DNA of 64,000 bases from an uncultured Ruficoccus sp. (GCA_965140785.1 OZ223521.1:1-64000); one strand, 5' to 3'. Counted from the first letter of the stretch, positions 16,323 through 26,665 are shown. Made by a program: numbers and translations. The notes: generated from the sequence alone by a model not told the origin.

Positions 16323-18785
16323 ATGCCACGCTCTGTTATCAAGGAACGCCGTCGCTCCTCGCGTGGGCGTATCCGCGAGGAACGTTGGAGTTACCGCTTG
16401 GGGCATTTTTACCGCACCCAGGGATGGATGCTGGTAGTGCCGGCGTGGTTGTTCCTCGTCATCCTGGCTGGTGGCGGTACGCCTCTGTGGGCGCAGGCGC
16501 TGATATTGATAGTTGGAGGCGTGGTCGCCTGGCGCGTGCCGCCCTACAGCACGCCGGGGCGCGGCTTTGACTGGGCGGTGGTGGCTCTGGTCCTTACTGC
16601 CTGCCTGGCGCTGCTCCCCGGTTCCTGGCTGGGACATCCGTCTTGGTGGGAAAACGCCGTCAACCTGGGTATCCCCCTGCCGAAGACGGTCGCGGCCAGT
16701 CCGTACCGGGTGCTGGAGGGGCTGCTCCTGCTGCTTGGGGGCATCCTGTGGTTTTACCTCATCTGGCAGTGGAAGCCGCAGGGCGTGGAATGCCGGCGGG
16801 TCTTGTGGTTTTTCTCCACCGGCGTGGCACTGCTGGCGCTCGCGGTTGCCATCGGCACCTATTACGGCATGACCTACCCGTTGGGCCGTGGGGCTCGGGT
16901 CTTTTCCTTTTTTGACAACCGCAACCAGATGGCCACGGTCCTCGCCATGGGGGGCGTGGTTTCCTTTGCCCTGGCCATGCAGGCCATGCGCAAGGGCCGC
17001 TACAAGGGTGTCTGGCACCTGATCACGACGCTGGTCATCTTCGTCGGCCTGGCCTTTTGCCAGTCGCGCGCCGGGATCCTGCTATTCGGGGTGGGGTGCT
17101 GCCTGTGGTTCATCGTCCGTCTGCGCGTGACCAAGGTGAACCTCATGTTCAAGGTTGGGGCGCCCATTTTTATCCTGTGCCTGTCGCTGTTGGTGATTTT
17201 TGGCCGAGCCACGCTGAAGCGCTTCTCCCTCTGGCAGGCCGAGGGGCCGGGGCAGCTGACCGAGATGCGGGTCGGGGTTTACCAGGATACCGGAAAAATG
17301 GCCTGGGACAGCCCGGTCGCCGGGGTGGGGCTGGGCAACTTCGCTGGAGTCTTCCCCCAATACCAGGACAAGGCCCAGGTCTTCCAATCGATCATCCATC
17401 CCGAGAGCGACTGGATGTGGGTCTTGAGCGAAACGGGCTTTACGGGCCTGCTGGCGCTGCTGGCCATCCTGTTTTTCCTGATCAAACGGCTCTTTCCCTT
17501 TGGCGCTGACCGCTCCTCTCCTTTCCGGGCCGCGGCGGCAGTCGCCGTGGTGGTTTTTCTTCTGCACAGTCTGATCGATGTGCCTGGGCACCGCTTCGGG
17601 ACGTTCCTGGTGGCGGCGATGCTCTACCGGCTGGCGGCTCCCCGGCAGGATCAGCCCAAGCAACCGCTGCTGGGGCGCTGGGGCTGGCGAATCGTGGCCA
17701 CAGTATGTCTGCTGGGCGGATTATTCTGGCTGGCGACGGCGCTCTTTGATCTGCCGGTCCACTCCCGCATCACCAAGCGCAAAGCCAGGGACATCATCGC
17801 CCAGGAGGCCGAACTGCGGACCCGTGACGCCCAGGCGATGCTCGGGGCGCTGGACGAGGCCATCGCATTCGACCCGCTGTGGTGGTGGTACTACAGCGTG
17901 CGCGCTAGCACCCGCCTGAATCTCCAGCGCGACAATCAGGGGGCGCTGGAGGATTTCCGCCGGGCGCGTTTCCTGGAAAAGACGTCCTCCGAGGTCTCCT
18001 TTTACGAGGGCAAGGTCTGGGCCAAGTACAGCACGCCGTACGCCATCGCTGCCTGGCGAGATGCGATCAACCGCCAGGACCCAAACCGCCAGGACCTTTT
18101 CCGCAAAATCCTCGAAGCCTCTCCACGGGCTGAAAGCTTCCGGCGTGAGCTGAGCATGCTCACCCGCTTTGACAACGACTTCCGCTACCGCTACCTGATG
18201 AGTTTGCAACCGCCCGACTTCAAGCGGGAGATTCAGACCGACATCCTGACCTATCCCCAACTGGACAATTTTTCCGAGCAGCAGCGGCAGGACATTCTGG
18301 AGCGCTGGGCGCTGCGGGGCGACCGGCAGGCGCTGGTTCAGCATCTGGACGCCAACCCCGGCATCGTCCCCAACGAGTGGTTCTATCGCGCCATCGCCGA
18401 GGCGCGCGAGGGGAACTACCAGCAGGCCGTCGAAAGCTTTGCCCCCTACCTCCCGCCGCCCCAAACCCCGCGCCCGCGCCAGTTCCTGGGCACGACCCGG
18501 GAGGAGCACCAGAGCGTCTTCAGCAACACACCCAGCGATGTCGTTCGCGGCCTGATTCTACTGGATATGCAGATCAAAGAGGGTGACTATTTCGCGGCCC
18601 TGCGCACCGCCAATGTCATGACCGAGCAGAAACAGATTCCTCCCGCCGTTTATTACTGGATGGGCGAGGCTCACCGGAAGCTGGGGCATTACAAGGACGC
18701 CTGGGATGCCTGGTATGAGTACCAGAAAAAAGTGCCCGTCCTGACCGATGAGCCCGCAGAGCCCACCCCTGCCGACGGGCAGTAG
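16323..18785 (+). CDS. O-antigen ligase/Wzy_C-family membrane protein with a C-terminal TPR region
   Basis: About 12 TMs, FDNRNQ, QSRAG, GVGLGNF, HPESDW, HSLIDVPGH; helical TPR-like C-terminus. Confidence 0.85.
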   Translation: MPRSVIKERRRSSRGRIREERWSYRLGHFYRTQGWMLVVPAWLFLVILAGGGTPLWAQALILIVGGVVAWRVPPYSTPGRGFDWAVVALVLTACLALLPGSWLGHPSWWENAVNLGIPLPKTVAASPYRVLEGLLLLLGGILWFYLIWQWKPQGVECRRVLWFFSTGVALLALAVAIGTYYGMTYPLGRGARVFSFFDNRNQMATVLAMGGVVSFALAMQAMRKGRYKGVWHLITTLVIFVGLAFCQSRAGILLFGVGCCLWFIVRLRVTKVNLMFKVGAPIFILCLSLLVIFGRATLKRFSLWQAEGPGQLTEMRVGVYQDTGKMAWDSPVAGVGLGNFAGVFPQYQDKAQVFQSIIHPESDWMWVLSETGFTGLLALLAILFFLIKRLFPFGADRSSPFRAAAAVAVVVFLLHSLIDVPGHRFGTFLVAAMLYRLAAPRQDQPKQPLLGRWGWRIVATVCLLGGLFWLATALFDLPVHSRITKRKARDIIAQEAELRTRDAQAMLGALDEAIAFDPLWWWYYSVRASTRLNLQRDNQGALEDFRRARFLEKTSSEVSFYEGKVWAKYSTPYAIAAWRDAINRQDPNRQDLFRKILEASPRAESFRRELSMLTRFDNDFRYRYLMSLQPPDFKREIQTDILTYPQLDNFSEQQRQDILERWALRGDRQALVQHLDANPGIVPNEWFYRAIAEAREGNYQQAVESFAPYLPPPQTPRPRQFLGTTREEHQSVFSNTPSDVVRGLILLDMQIKEGDYFAALRTANVMTEQKQIPPAVYYWMGEAHRKLGHYKDAWDAWYEYQKKVPVLTDEPAEPTPADGQ

Positions 18786-19044
18786 GAGCTTCGATATAAC
18801 TGGGTGCGTTCATCCCCCCGGCTAGCTAACGGTCTTACGCGGCACCCGGAAAAGCAAGGGCGACAGGCCCGGTGGCGGCAGAACAGTTTCTCCATTCGGG
18901 GATCAGTTTTACTTTTTTTATAGTCAGTGGCTTGCACCCGCCGTGTTTTTGCATTGAAGATAGGACTTATCGAAACTATAACGGTTCATAGAACAGACTG
19001 GACCCATAAGAAACGCTGTCACTACCAGCCAAACAAAGACCGCC

Positions 19045-19812
19045 ATGGAATCGGAAAAGCAACGCCTCAAAACGCCCACCTCCACCTTCGACAAGATGTT
19101 TACCGGATTTTTGTCCTGGGTGGAGAAACGCATCGCCAAGCATTCCGTCCACGGCAATCCGCCGGTCTATGACCCCAAGGAATTCCCCTGGGTGGCCGAG
19201 ATCGACAAGGACTGGCACCTCGTGCGGGCCGAGCTGGACAAGCTCCTTGAGCGCCGCGAGGAGCTGCCCAACTTCCACGACATTTCCCCCGACGTCTCCT
19301 CCATCACCAACGACAACAACTGGAAGACCTTCTTCCTGCTCGGCTACGGGGTCAACTGTGAGGAGAACCAGAAATGCTGCCCCGAGACCACGCGCCTGAT
19401 CCGGACTATCCCCGGCATTAAGACCGCCATGTTCAGCATCCTCTCGCCGGGCAAGCACATCCCGCATCACACCGGCCCCTACAACGGCGTGCTCCGCTAC
19501 CACCTCGGCCTCGTCGTGCCCGAACCGAAGGAACAGTGCCGCATCCGCGTGGACGACCAGTACATCGTCTGGGAGGAGGGCAAGGGCATCGTCTTCGACG
19601 ACTGCTTCGATCACGAGGTCTGGAACGACACCGACGGCGTCCGCGTCGTGCTCTTCGTCGATTTTGTCCGCCCGGTGAAATTCCCCTTCAACCTGCTCAA
19701 CTGGCTGGTGCTCTCCTCGGCGGCCTTCACGCCCTACATCCGTGAGGCCAACGAAAACCAGAAGAAGTGGGAAAAGCAGTTCCACAAGAAGGAAAAAGCG
19801 GCGGTCAGCTAA
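19045..19812 (+). CDS. Aspartyl/asparaginyl beta-hydroxylase family (LpxO-like Fe/2OG dioxygenase)
   Basis: AMFSILSPGKHIPHHTGP, LRYHLGL, FDDCFDHEVWN, RVVLFVD. Confidence 0.88.
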   Translation: MESEKQRLKTPTSTFDKMFTGFLSWVEKRIAKHSVHGNPPVYDPKEFPWVAEIDKDWHLVRAELDKLLERREELPNFHDISPDVSSITNDNNWKTFFLLGYGVNCEENQKCCPETTRLIRTIPGIKTAMFSILSPGKHIPHHTGPYNGVLRYHLGLVVPEPKEQCRIRVDDQYIVWEEGKGIVFDDCFDHEVWNDTDGVRVVLFVDFVRPVKFPFNLLNWLVLSSAAFTPYIREANENQKKWEKQFHKKEKAAVS

Positions 19813-19852
19813 AGTGGCGCTCAGGCAGTAGCTTTTACCGTGCGGCGTTTGT

Positions 19853-19947
19853 ACAACCCCAACGGGGTTGTGCATCCACATCCCTGAGTTACTTCGTTAC
19901 CCAGGGAGAGAATGGGCCGGAACAGCTCAACCCTGAAAGGGTTGTGC
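19853..19947. repeat. Composite REP-like element, copy 1
   Basis: Hairpins ACAACCCC-AAC-GGGGTTGT, CCCTGAGT..ACCCAGGG and AACCCTGAAAGGGTT; shares an exact 21-mer with 33204-33224. Confidence 0.8.
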
Positions 19948-20025
19948 CAAGCTTGGAACCTTGGATGTATCCCACTATTGATTTTGCGTCGCTCTCCTGA
20001 CCCTTATCTGCTTTAAACTTTTCTC

Positions 20026-20496
20026 ATGGCCCGCAATTACTGGCTCTTTAAATCCGAACCGGGCGAGTTCTCAATCGAGGACCTGCGCAAGCGTCCCAAA
20101 CAGACCGAATCCTGGGACGGCGTCCGTAATTACCAGGCGCGCAACTTCATGCGCGACGAGATGAAGTGCGGCGACCTCGCCCTGTTTTACCACTCCAACT
20201 GCGACGCCGTCGGCGTGGTCGGAGTGTGCGAGATCACGCAGGAATCCCACCCGGACCCCACCGCCTGGGAAAAGGGCAACAAGCACTTCGACGAGAAATC
20301 CTCTCCCGAGAACCCGCGCTGGTTCATGGTCGCCGTCACCTGGAAGGAAACCTTCCCGCGCACCGTCACCCTCGACGAGATCAAGGCCCACCCCAAGCTC
20401 CAGGAAATGCGTGTGGCCCAGCGTGGCAACCGCCTCTCCATCACCCCCGTCGCCAAGGCCGAGTTCGAATTGATCCGCAAGCTGGCGAAGCAATAG
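20026..20496 (+). CDS. EVE domain protein
   Basis: YWLFKSEP, WDGVRNYQARNF, FYHS, RLSITPV. Confidence 0.93.
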   Translation: MARNYWLFKSEPGEFSIEDLRKRPKQTESWDGVRNYQARNFMRDEMKCGDLALFYHSNCDAVGVVGVCEITQESHPDPTAWEKGNKHFDEKSSPENPRWFMVAVTWKETFPRTVTLDEIKAHPKLQEMRVAQRGNRLSITPVAKAEFELIRKLAKQ

Positions 20497-20537
20497 CAAC
20501 CAAGCATTAAGGGCGACTCACGGGATGGGGTCTGCTT

Positions 20538-20909
20538 TCAGTAAGCTTTTTGCCTGATTCGTTGCCAACAGGTAAGTTTGATTATCACCCAGATGATGAG
20601 TCCTATGAGCCATAACATACTGGCTGAATTTCCTGGGTTAGGTATCAGGAAGGACAAGAAAATAAAGAAACCTGCATAGCAGGAGATTGTGTTTCGCCGA
20701 GTACTTCTGGGCTCGAAGGCTGCCAATATCAGAACGACATAGGCGTGGATGATCGAAAGATCTTCAAAATACTTCGGGAAGGAATAACCCGAGATAGCAT
20801 CGGTCGCGCACAGGATAAAGACGTAGTACCAATATAGCAAAAAAGTAGCCGCGATTATGGTGATCCACCGATAGACGGACAATAGACGTGCTTGCGTCTG
20901 GGCCTTCAT
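20538..20909 (-). CDS. Hypothetical 4-TM membrane protein, lower GC than its neighbours
   Basis: 123-aa hydrophobic ORF filling the gap between EVE and the kinase. Confidence 0.5.
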   Translation of the reverse strand: MKAQTQARLLSVYRWITIIAATFLLYWYYVFILCATDAISGYSFPKYFEDLSIIHAYVVLILAAFEPRSTRRNTISCYAGFFIFLSFLIPNPGNSASMLWLIGLIIWVIIKLTCWQRIRQKAY

Positions 20910-20994
20910 TCAGTGGGGAGCCTATCTGATCGCGTAAACACTTAACAACCGGGGGCTGTGAGACGCCGAATTCTCCGCGCAGTTACCCATCATA

Positions 20995-22095
20995 TTAATC
21001 CTCCTCCGCCTTCGGCAGCGTAATCGTAAACGTCGTGCCGCCACCAGTCATGGTCTCGAAGTCGATGTTGCCGCCGTGGGCCTCCACGATGGATTTTACG
21101 ATGGCTGTGCCCAGGCCCGTGCCGCGGCTTTTCCCGTAGGTGACGAAGGGGTTGAAGAGGTTTTGGCGGATGGACTCAGGGATGCCCTTGCCGTTGTCAC
21201 TGACGATTATTTCCGCCGTGGACTCCAGATTGTGGACGAAGATCTGCACCTGCCCGCGCTGGTCCTCGTCGAAGGCCTCGATGGCGTTGCCGACCAGGTT
21301 TTGCAGGACGCGGATGAGCTTGCTCTCCTCGCCCATGATGGTGACAGGCGTGGCGCGCATCTCGATCACCACCCGCTCGTGCTGGAAGAACGGTTCGTTC
21401 ATCTGCTTGAACTTCTCGCACAGCACGGCCAGGTCGATGCGGGTGGGTTTGAGACGCTGCTCGCCCTTGGAGAACTCGCTCAGCTCGTTGGCCATCTCGA
21501 CCATACGGTCCACCTGCGCCTCGATGTTTTCGCAGATGCGGACGGTTTTGGGGTCGGGATGCTGGCTGCGCAGTAGTTGCGCGCCGAGGCTGATCAGGGT
21601 AAAGGGATTTTTAAAGTCGTGGATGATGGTGTTCATCATCGTGCCGACCATGGCCATCTTTTCCTTCTGCAGCATGTCGTCCACGTAGTGCCGCGTGGTG
21701 GAGTGCAGGTGGTTGACGATGCTGCCGAGGATTTGCTCGATCGGGCCGGGCGTGTTTTTGATGAACTCGACCAGGTTGTTGCGCTCGACTTGGGCGATGC
21801 GGACCGGGGTGCTCTGGGCCACGGCATTGAGCGCCCGCGGGGCCCCGGTGAAGATGCCGATCTCGCCGAAGAAGTTGCCCGCCTCACTGTAGCTGATCAT
21901 GCGGTCCTCCTCGCCGGGAATAGTCTTGGTAAAGGCGACCGTGCCCTCCAGCACGAGGCAGAGTGTGTCGGAGGGACTGCCTTCGGTGAAGATGACGTCG
22001 CCCGTCTTATATTCGCTGACCTGCGTTTTTTCAGCCAACGGACGCACGTCCTCCACATGGGAAGCATGGAAAAAAGGATGATCCTCAATTTGCAT
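20995..22095 (-). CDS. Cytoplasmic histidine kinase with an N-terminal cyclic-nucleotide-binding domain
   Basis: cNMP motifs GDVIFTEG..FFGEIG..PR; H-box IIHDFKNP; NLVGNA, DNGKGI, GTGLG. Confidence 0.92.
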   Translation of the reverse strand: MQIEDHPFFHASHVEDVRPLAEKTQVSEYKTGDVIFTEGSPSDTLCLVLEGTVAFTKTIPGEEDRMISYSEAGNFFGEIGIFTGAPRALNAVAQSTPVRIAQVERNNLVEFIKNTPGPIEQILGSIVNHLHSTTRHYVDDMLQKEKMAMVGTMMNTIIHDFKNPFTLISLGAQLLRSQHPDPKTVRICENIEAQVDRMVEMANELSEFSKGEQRLKPTRIDLAVLCEKFKQMNEPFFQHERVVIEMRATPVTIMGEESKLIRVLQNLVGNAIEAFDEDQRGQVQIFVHNLESTAEIIVSDNGKGIPESIRQNLFNPFVTYGKSRGTGLGTAIVKSIVEAHGGNIDFETMTGGGTTFTITLPKAEED

Positions 22096-22211
22096 GGTGC
22101 ACCGGCGCCAGTTCCAGCGTAATCAGTCGTATGGGATACAGTTAAAGCGTTTTGTTGTAAGGGGTCTAGCCCGAATATTACGCGGCTGAGACGAATATCG
22201 TCCGCATCCAA

Positions 22212-23027
22212 GTGATAGTTTGTCTTGTGCCCCTGTCTCCCTCCTCCGATGACACCTTTCTTATCCGCTGCCCGGGCTCTGGAGTCGTGGCTGGGGCTCT
22301 CATCCTGGCGGTCTGTGTCGTAGCCTTTCTGGCGGCGATATTCAACCTGGCTTGTGTCCGGCCTTTATCGGTGATTTCAACCGCAGCTTCCGTGCTCTGG
22401 ATCGTGGGGTGGGGGTGGTTTCTGGGGGTAAGGATCGCCCGCCTGTCTTTGAAAGGCTTTCTCATCTAGGCGATGGGAGAATTTATCTCGAACCGGTACC
22501 TTTGTGTCGAGGCAACAGAGAAGGGACTGACGTTGACGGTTTACTATCACGCGCTGGGGCGCAGGTTCGATCTTTTGCGTGTGCGTGCCGACGGATTGCG
22601 TGGCGTAAGCTGGAGCGCCGGACAGGCCACTTCCCTGGCCGGGCATGACATGGAAGACTGGTTCCTGGGGCTGTATTTCCGGCCTGAAGCGGTTCTCTTT
22701 CCGAGTGATAAAAGTCCTTTCTATGCGCCGGAGATGAGCGGCCCCCGCGAACAAATCGAGCACCAGGGCCAGTTGCTGATCGCGTTTCTAAGAAAGTGGG
22801 AGGTGTCCCTGCCGGAGCCGGAAGCGGGTTTGCTGGGGCAGGTCGGTGTCATCTGCTTGGCGGATTATGTTTCGGGGGTGATCGCAGTCGGGGACAGGCA
22901 TTATCCCTGCTGCTTCCGCTCTTATCCCGTTCATGAAAATGCTCATGCGGTGGTCAAGGAGATCATCGGAACGATGCTCTATGCGGAGGTGGTGCCGGAA
23001 GAGCGCTCCAGTAATCCGCGCAGGTAG
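22212..23027 (+). pseudogene. Membrane protein with a NfeD-like C-terminal domain, split by an in-frame TAG at 22467-22469
   Basis: ORFs 22212-22469 and 22473-23027 are in the same frame (..FLI*AMGEF..); the C-terminus [29 protein letters not shown] is NfeD-OB-like. Confidence 0.5.
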
Positions 23028-24388
23028 ACGAGGCCACCGTCGAGGTCGTTGAACTCGCCATCGAGTTGCGCCTCGTAGCAGGCGTCGATCATCGGGCTGA
23101 AGTGTGGGCCGGGCTTGAGCCCCAGCTCGATCAGGTGGCGTCCCTGGATCAAGGGACCGGGCGCGGCGTCCTTGACCGCGAGAGCTTCGGCGCGCTCCAG
23201 CAGCCAGCTTCCGGCGGGAAATTCTTCCGAGAGGGGAGGGCGCCCGCCCATGTCGGCCCGGGCCACGCGTATCAGCCGGTCAATACGCCCGACCTTGCGG
23301 GCGAGGCGGCGCACGGCAGTGTCGCTGGCCTGGGTCTTGTGCAGCTCGGCCGGTCGCATGTGCGTCTCGACCAGGATGAGCACGTCCTCGATCAGTTGCT
23401 GGTGCGCGGTCAACCGGCGCAGGAAGCGCTCCGCCGGGATGATGCCCTCGATGTCGTGGCGCGGTGAGCGGATGCGCCCGTCCTCGTCGGTGTAGGTCGT
23501 GTCCGGCTTACCCATGTCGTGGCAGAGCACGGCCAGGCCGACGACCAGGTCTTCCCACCCATCGCCGGTGCGCTGCCGGGCAAAGGCGTCCATGCAGTGC
23601 AGGGTGTGGGTCCACACATCGCCCTCGGGGTGCCACTTGGGGTCCTGCGGGCAGTCGATCAGCGTGGCCAGCTCGGGTGTGTACTGGACCCAGCCGCTGT
23701 CTTTGAGAAAGGTTAGCCCGAGCGAGGGGCGCACGCCCTTGAGGATCAGTTTCTCCCACTCGGCGAAGAGCCGTTCGCGCGGAAGGTCCTCCGGTGTGAT
23801 CGAGCGGCACAGCTCCAGCGTCTCCGGGGCGATTGTCAGCTCAAAGCGCGCCAGGAACTGCATCGCTCGCAACACCCGCAGCGGGTCTTCGGAGAACTTG
23901 TCCGAGGTGTGCCGCAAAATACGCTTTTCCAGGTCAGCGCGACCGTTGAAGGGATCGACGAGCTCGCCGCTGAGCGGGTCCCAGGAGAGGGCGTTGAGGG
24001 TGAAGTCGCGCCGCGAGGCGGCTTCGTGCGGACTCATGTGCGGGTCGCCCGTTACGGCGAAACCGCGGTGCCCGGTCCCTTGCTTGGATTCGCGCCGGGG
24101 CAGGCTCACGTCCAGCTCAAGGCCCCGCAGCTTGAACACCCCAAAGGCGCGGCCCACGACGTTGACCTGAAAGTCCCGCTGCAGCAGCCGCAACAGGACC
24201 GCCTCGTCCAGGCCGAAGACCTCCATGTCCGCGTCCTTGGAGGGGTGCCCCAAGAGCGCGTCCCGCACGCACCCGCCGACGAAATATGCCCGCCCGCCCG
24301 CTTGCTCGACGGCACGTGCGATCTGCTCACCGGCCTTATACTCGTCTGGGTTCAAGGCGTTTTTTACTAATAGTATCTCGCTGGACAT
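22979..24388 (-). CDS. cca: CCA tRNA nucleotidyltransferase / poly(A) polymerase family with an HD domain
   Basis: [51 protein letters not shown]. Confidence 0.88.
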   Translation of the reverse strand: MSSEILLVKNALNPDEYKAGEQIARAVEQAGGRAYFVGGCVRDALLGHPSKDADMEVFGLDEAVLLRLLQRDFQVNVVGRAFGVFKLRGLELDVSLPRRESKQGTGHRGFAVTGDPHMSPHEAASRRDFTLNALSWDPLSGELVDPFNGRADLEKRILRHTSDKFSEDPLRVLRAMQFLARFELTIAPETLELCRSITPEDLPRERLFAEWEKLILKGVRPSLGLTFLKDSGWVQYTPELATLIDCPQDPKWHPEGDVWTHTLHCMDAFARQRTGDGWEDLVVGLAVLCHDMGKPDTTYTDEDGRIRSPRHDIEGIIPAERFLRRLTAHQQLIEDVLILVETHMRPAELHKTQASDTAVRRLARKVGRIDRLIRVARADMGGRPPLSEEFPAGSWLLERAEALAVKDAAPGPLIQGRHLIELGLKPGPHFSPMIDACYEAQLDGEFNDLDGGLVYLRGLLERSSGTTSA

Positions 24389-24456
24389 GAAAGGGATGCG
24401 CTAAATGCGTATTTTTACTTTACTAATTTACCTAACTAAGTAATGTATTCAGCATC

Positions 24457-25194
24457 ATGACACCCATGACGATGCCCACCCTGGAACCGGACCTCAAGCG
24501 GGAAAACGCGGAGCTGATCGCCCTGCCGGCGACGGAGCGCATCCGCCGCGCCCACGAGCGCTGGGGGGATTCGCTCGTCATGAGCACCAGCTTTGGCGTG
24601 CAGTCGGCGGTCCTCTTGCACATGGCCAACACGGTGGCCCCGGGCATCCCGGTCATTTTTGTCGATACCGGCTACCTGTTTTCCGAGACCTACCGCTTCG
24701 CCCAGGAGCTGACCGAGCGGCTAGATCTCAACCTGAAAATCTACACCCCGCGCCGCACCCCCGCCATGCAGGAGGCGCTGGAGGGCAAGCGCTGGGAGAA
24801 GGACATCGCCGATTTGGAGGCCTACAACGTGGAGAACAAGGTCGAGCCCATGAACCGCGCCCTGCGCGAGCTCGACGCGCAGGCCTGGATCTCCGGGCTG
24901 CGACGGGTGCAGTCCTCGACCCGCGGCCACCTGCGCCCGCTTGAGCGGCAGAACAAGACCTACAAGGCCTATCCGATCATCGACTGGACCGACCGCGATA
25001 TTTACCGCTACCTTTCCTCCAACGACCTGCCGTACCATCCCCTCTGGGATCAGGGCTATGTCTCCGTCGGCGACTGGCACAGCACCTCAAAGCTTGAGGC
25101 GGGCATGAACGCCGAGGAAACCCGCTTCAACGGTCGCAAACGCGAATGCGGCCTGCACGAGACTTCCGACCGCGGCGGCGACTATCAGATTTGA
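24457..25194 (+). CDS. cysH: Phosphoadenylyl-sulfate (PAPS/APS) reductase
   Basis: [37 protein letters not shown]; no CC/CxxC Fe-S motif. Confidence 0.93.
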   Translation: MTPMTMPTLEPDLKRENAELIALPATERIRRAHERWGDSLVMSTSFGVQSAVLLHMANTVAPGIPVIFVDTGYLFSETYRFAQELTERLDLNLKIYTPRRTPAMQEALEGKRWEKDIADLEAYNVENKVEPMNRALRELDAQAWISGLRRVQSSTRGHLRPLERQNKTYKAYPIIDWTDRDIYRYLSSNDLPYHPLWDQGYVSVGDWHSTSKLEAGMNAEETRFNGRKRECGLHETSDRGGDYQI

Positions 25195-25430
25195 GGTAAC
25201 CTCGCCTTTGCTTGATACACGAGAATGCATTTTACTACGCATTTTTTTTACCGGAGTTCGATCCGCCGCGTTCAGGTTGGTCTAGTGCCGGATTTTGTCT
25301 TTTGAAATGTACGCAAGATGTTTATTATGAAATACTTGAAATTAAAATAGGGTTGTCTTTGAATAATTATTATTCATATTCAATAATCTTTTTTGACGAC
25401 TTAATATGATATAAAAATGTGCGCTTAATC

Positions 25431-25460
25431 TTGACTTGGTGCGCATCTGCGATTCATATT
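25431..25460 (+). promoter_or_regulatory. Putative sigma70 promoter of an orphan small transcript
   Basis: TTGACT (25431)-18 nt-CATATT in an AT-rich stretch. Confidence 0.4.
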
Positions 25461-25700
25461 GGAGTACGCAATCTAATATAAGCCATTAGTAATACTAATC
25501 ATTCCCCGTGGATACCAAGAAAAGGAACGCTTGTATGAACCCGCTACTGCCGAATGCACCTGGCAGGGATTACCCGACTGCGTTTGGCCTCGGCATCAGG
25601 GTTAGCCGTCTCGCGTATGATTGGCGGGCGCAGCCGGACAGTGTGTGGCTTGGTATATAGATAGATTTTCGGCTTTCATTGAATAACAGTGTGCTATATA

Positions 25701-25742
25701 GGGGGTTCGTTCCGAGTGCCATTGGAGCGGACCCCTTTTTTT
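25701..25742 (+). terminator. Intrinsic terminator
   Basis: GGGGGTTCGTTCC..GGAGCGGACCCC followed by T7. Confidence 0.75.
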
Positions 25743-25820
25743 ATGGGCGCCCGGTCGGCTCCTCAGGACAATAACGAGTGTCCGGTATCGAGGCCCAGAA
25801 GCGCAGGACCTGGACTTATA

Positions 25821-25857
25821 TAAAAGCCGCCCAGGGCGAAACGCCGGGCGGCTTTTT
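25821..25857. terminator. Bidirectional intrinsic terminator
   Basis: AAAAGCCGCCC..GGGCGGCTTTTT. Confidence 0.75.
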
Positions 25858-25916
25858 GTCTGCCCCCCGGACAGCGCCTGAGGGCGCCTCCCGGGAGTAA
25901 AGGTGAGTGGCTCGTC

Positions 25917-26438
25917 TTATTCGCCAGCGGCTTTATTGATCGCGGCAATCATGGCGTCGGGTCCCCCGGACAGGTAGCCCACGTTTTCCCAGATCTTTTT
26001 ACCATCGCTGTCGAGTAGCACGAGGGTGGGGAAGCCGCGCACGCCGAACTTGTTTTTGAGCTTGTTGTTCTGCTCCTTGAGCTCATCGGACTGCGGCTTG
26101 TCGCTGGGAAAATCCAGGTAGAGCAGGACGAGGTTTTGCTTGGCGTAGTCCTTGAAGGCGGCCTTGTCGAAGGTCTCGCGGTCGAGCTTTTTGCACCATC
26201 CGCACCAGTCCGAGCCGGTGAAGTCGACCAGGATGGGGCGGTTCTCCTTCTTGGCCAGTTCGATCGCGCCTTCATAGTCAGTTACCCAGCCGTCAGGCAC
26301 GCCAGGCTGGTCGCCCATGTGAATCTTCGAGGTGCTGTCAATAGCGGCGTCGGCCTTGCTGGCGCCGAAATCCGAACAAGCGACGAGGAGGGCGAGTACT
26401 CCGGCAAAGAGGCTGCCGCGCAGGAGGAAGTGTTTCAT
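25917..26438 (-). CDS. Thioredoxin-fold lipoprotein (thiol-disulfide oxidoreductase)
   Basis: Lipobox LVAC; DFTGSDWCGWCKKL; GFPTLVLLD. Confidence 0.88.
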   Translation of the reverse strand: MKHFLLRGSLFAGVLALLVACSDFGASKADAAIDSTSKIHMGDQPGVPDGWVTDYEGAIELAKKENRPILVDFTGSDWCGWCKKLDRETFDKAAFKDYAKQNLVLLYLDFPSDKPQSDELKEQNNKLKNKFGVRGFPTLVLLDSDGKKIWENVGYLSGGPDAMIAAINKAAGE

Positions 26439-26611
26439 CGGGAATCCTTTCAGTTGAGGGTGAGGGGGGATTGGTCGTGAGAGTACGAAAATCCTGACGC
26501 TTTTATGTTAGCGCCCGTTGTCAGTTTCTCAAGACAGGAATGGACGGAGAAAGTTCGGTCTATCGGGCAGTTAGCAACTGTGCCGGTAGCGCCGGAGACA
26601 TCCCGGTAATA

Positions 26612-26639
26612 AAATAGGCAGGGCGGAACCCTGCCTATT
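26612..26639 (-). terminator. galE terminator
   Basis: AAAATAGGCAGGG-CGGAA-CCCTGCCTATT. Confidence 0.7.
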
Positions 26640-26665
26640 GTCGAAAATGCGTACCTGTTGTCGTG

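Noticed and set aside
20026..20496. EVE protein as part of a modification-dependent restriction system
   Set aside because: Stand-alone, with no fused or adjacent nuclease; matches the common housekeeping-type EVE.
22467..22469. Pyrrolysine or amber recoding
   Set aside because: Many genes in the window end at TAG normally, and no pyl genes are seen.
25212..25409. 65-aa AT-rich ORF after cysH
   Set aside because: TTG start, no RBS and composition unlike coding DNA; more likely promoter sequence.
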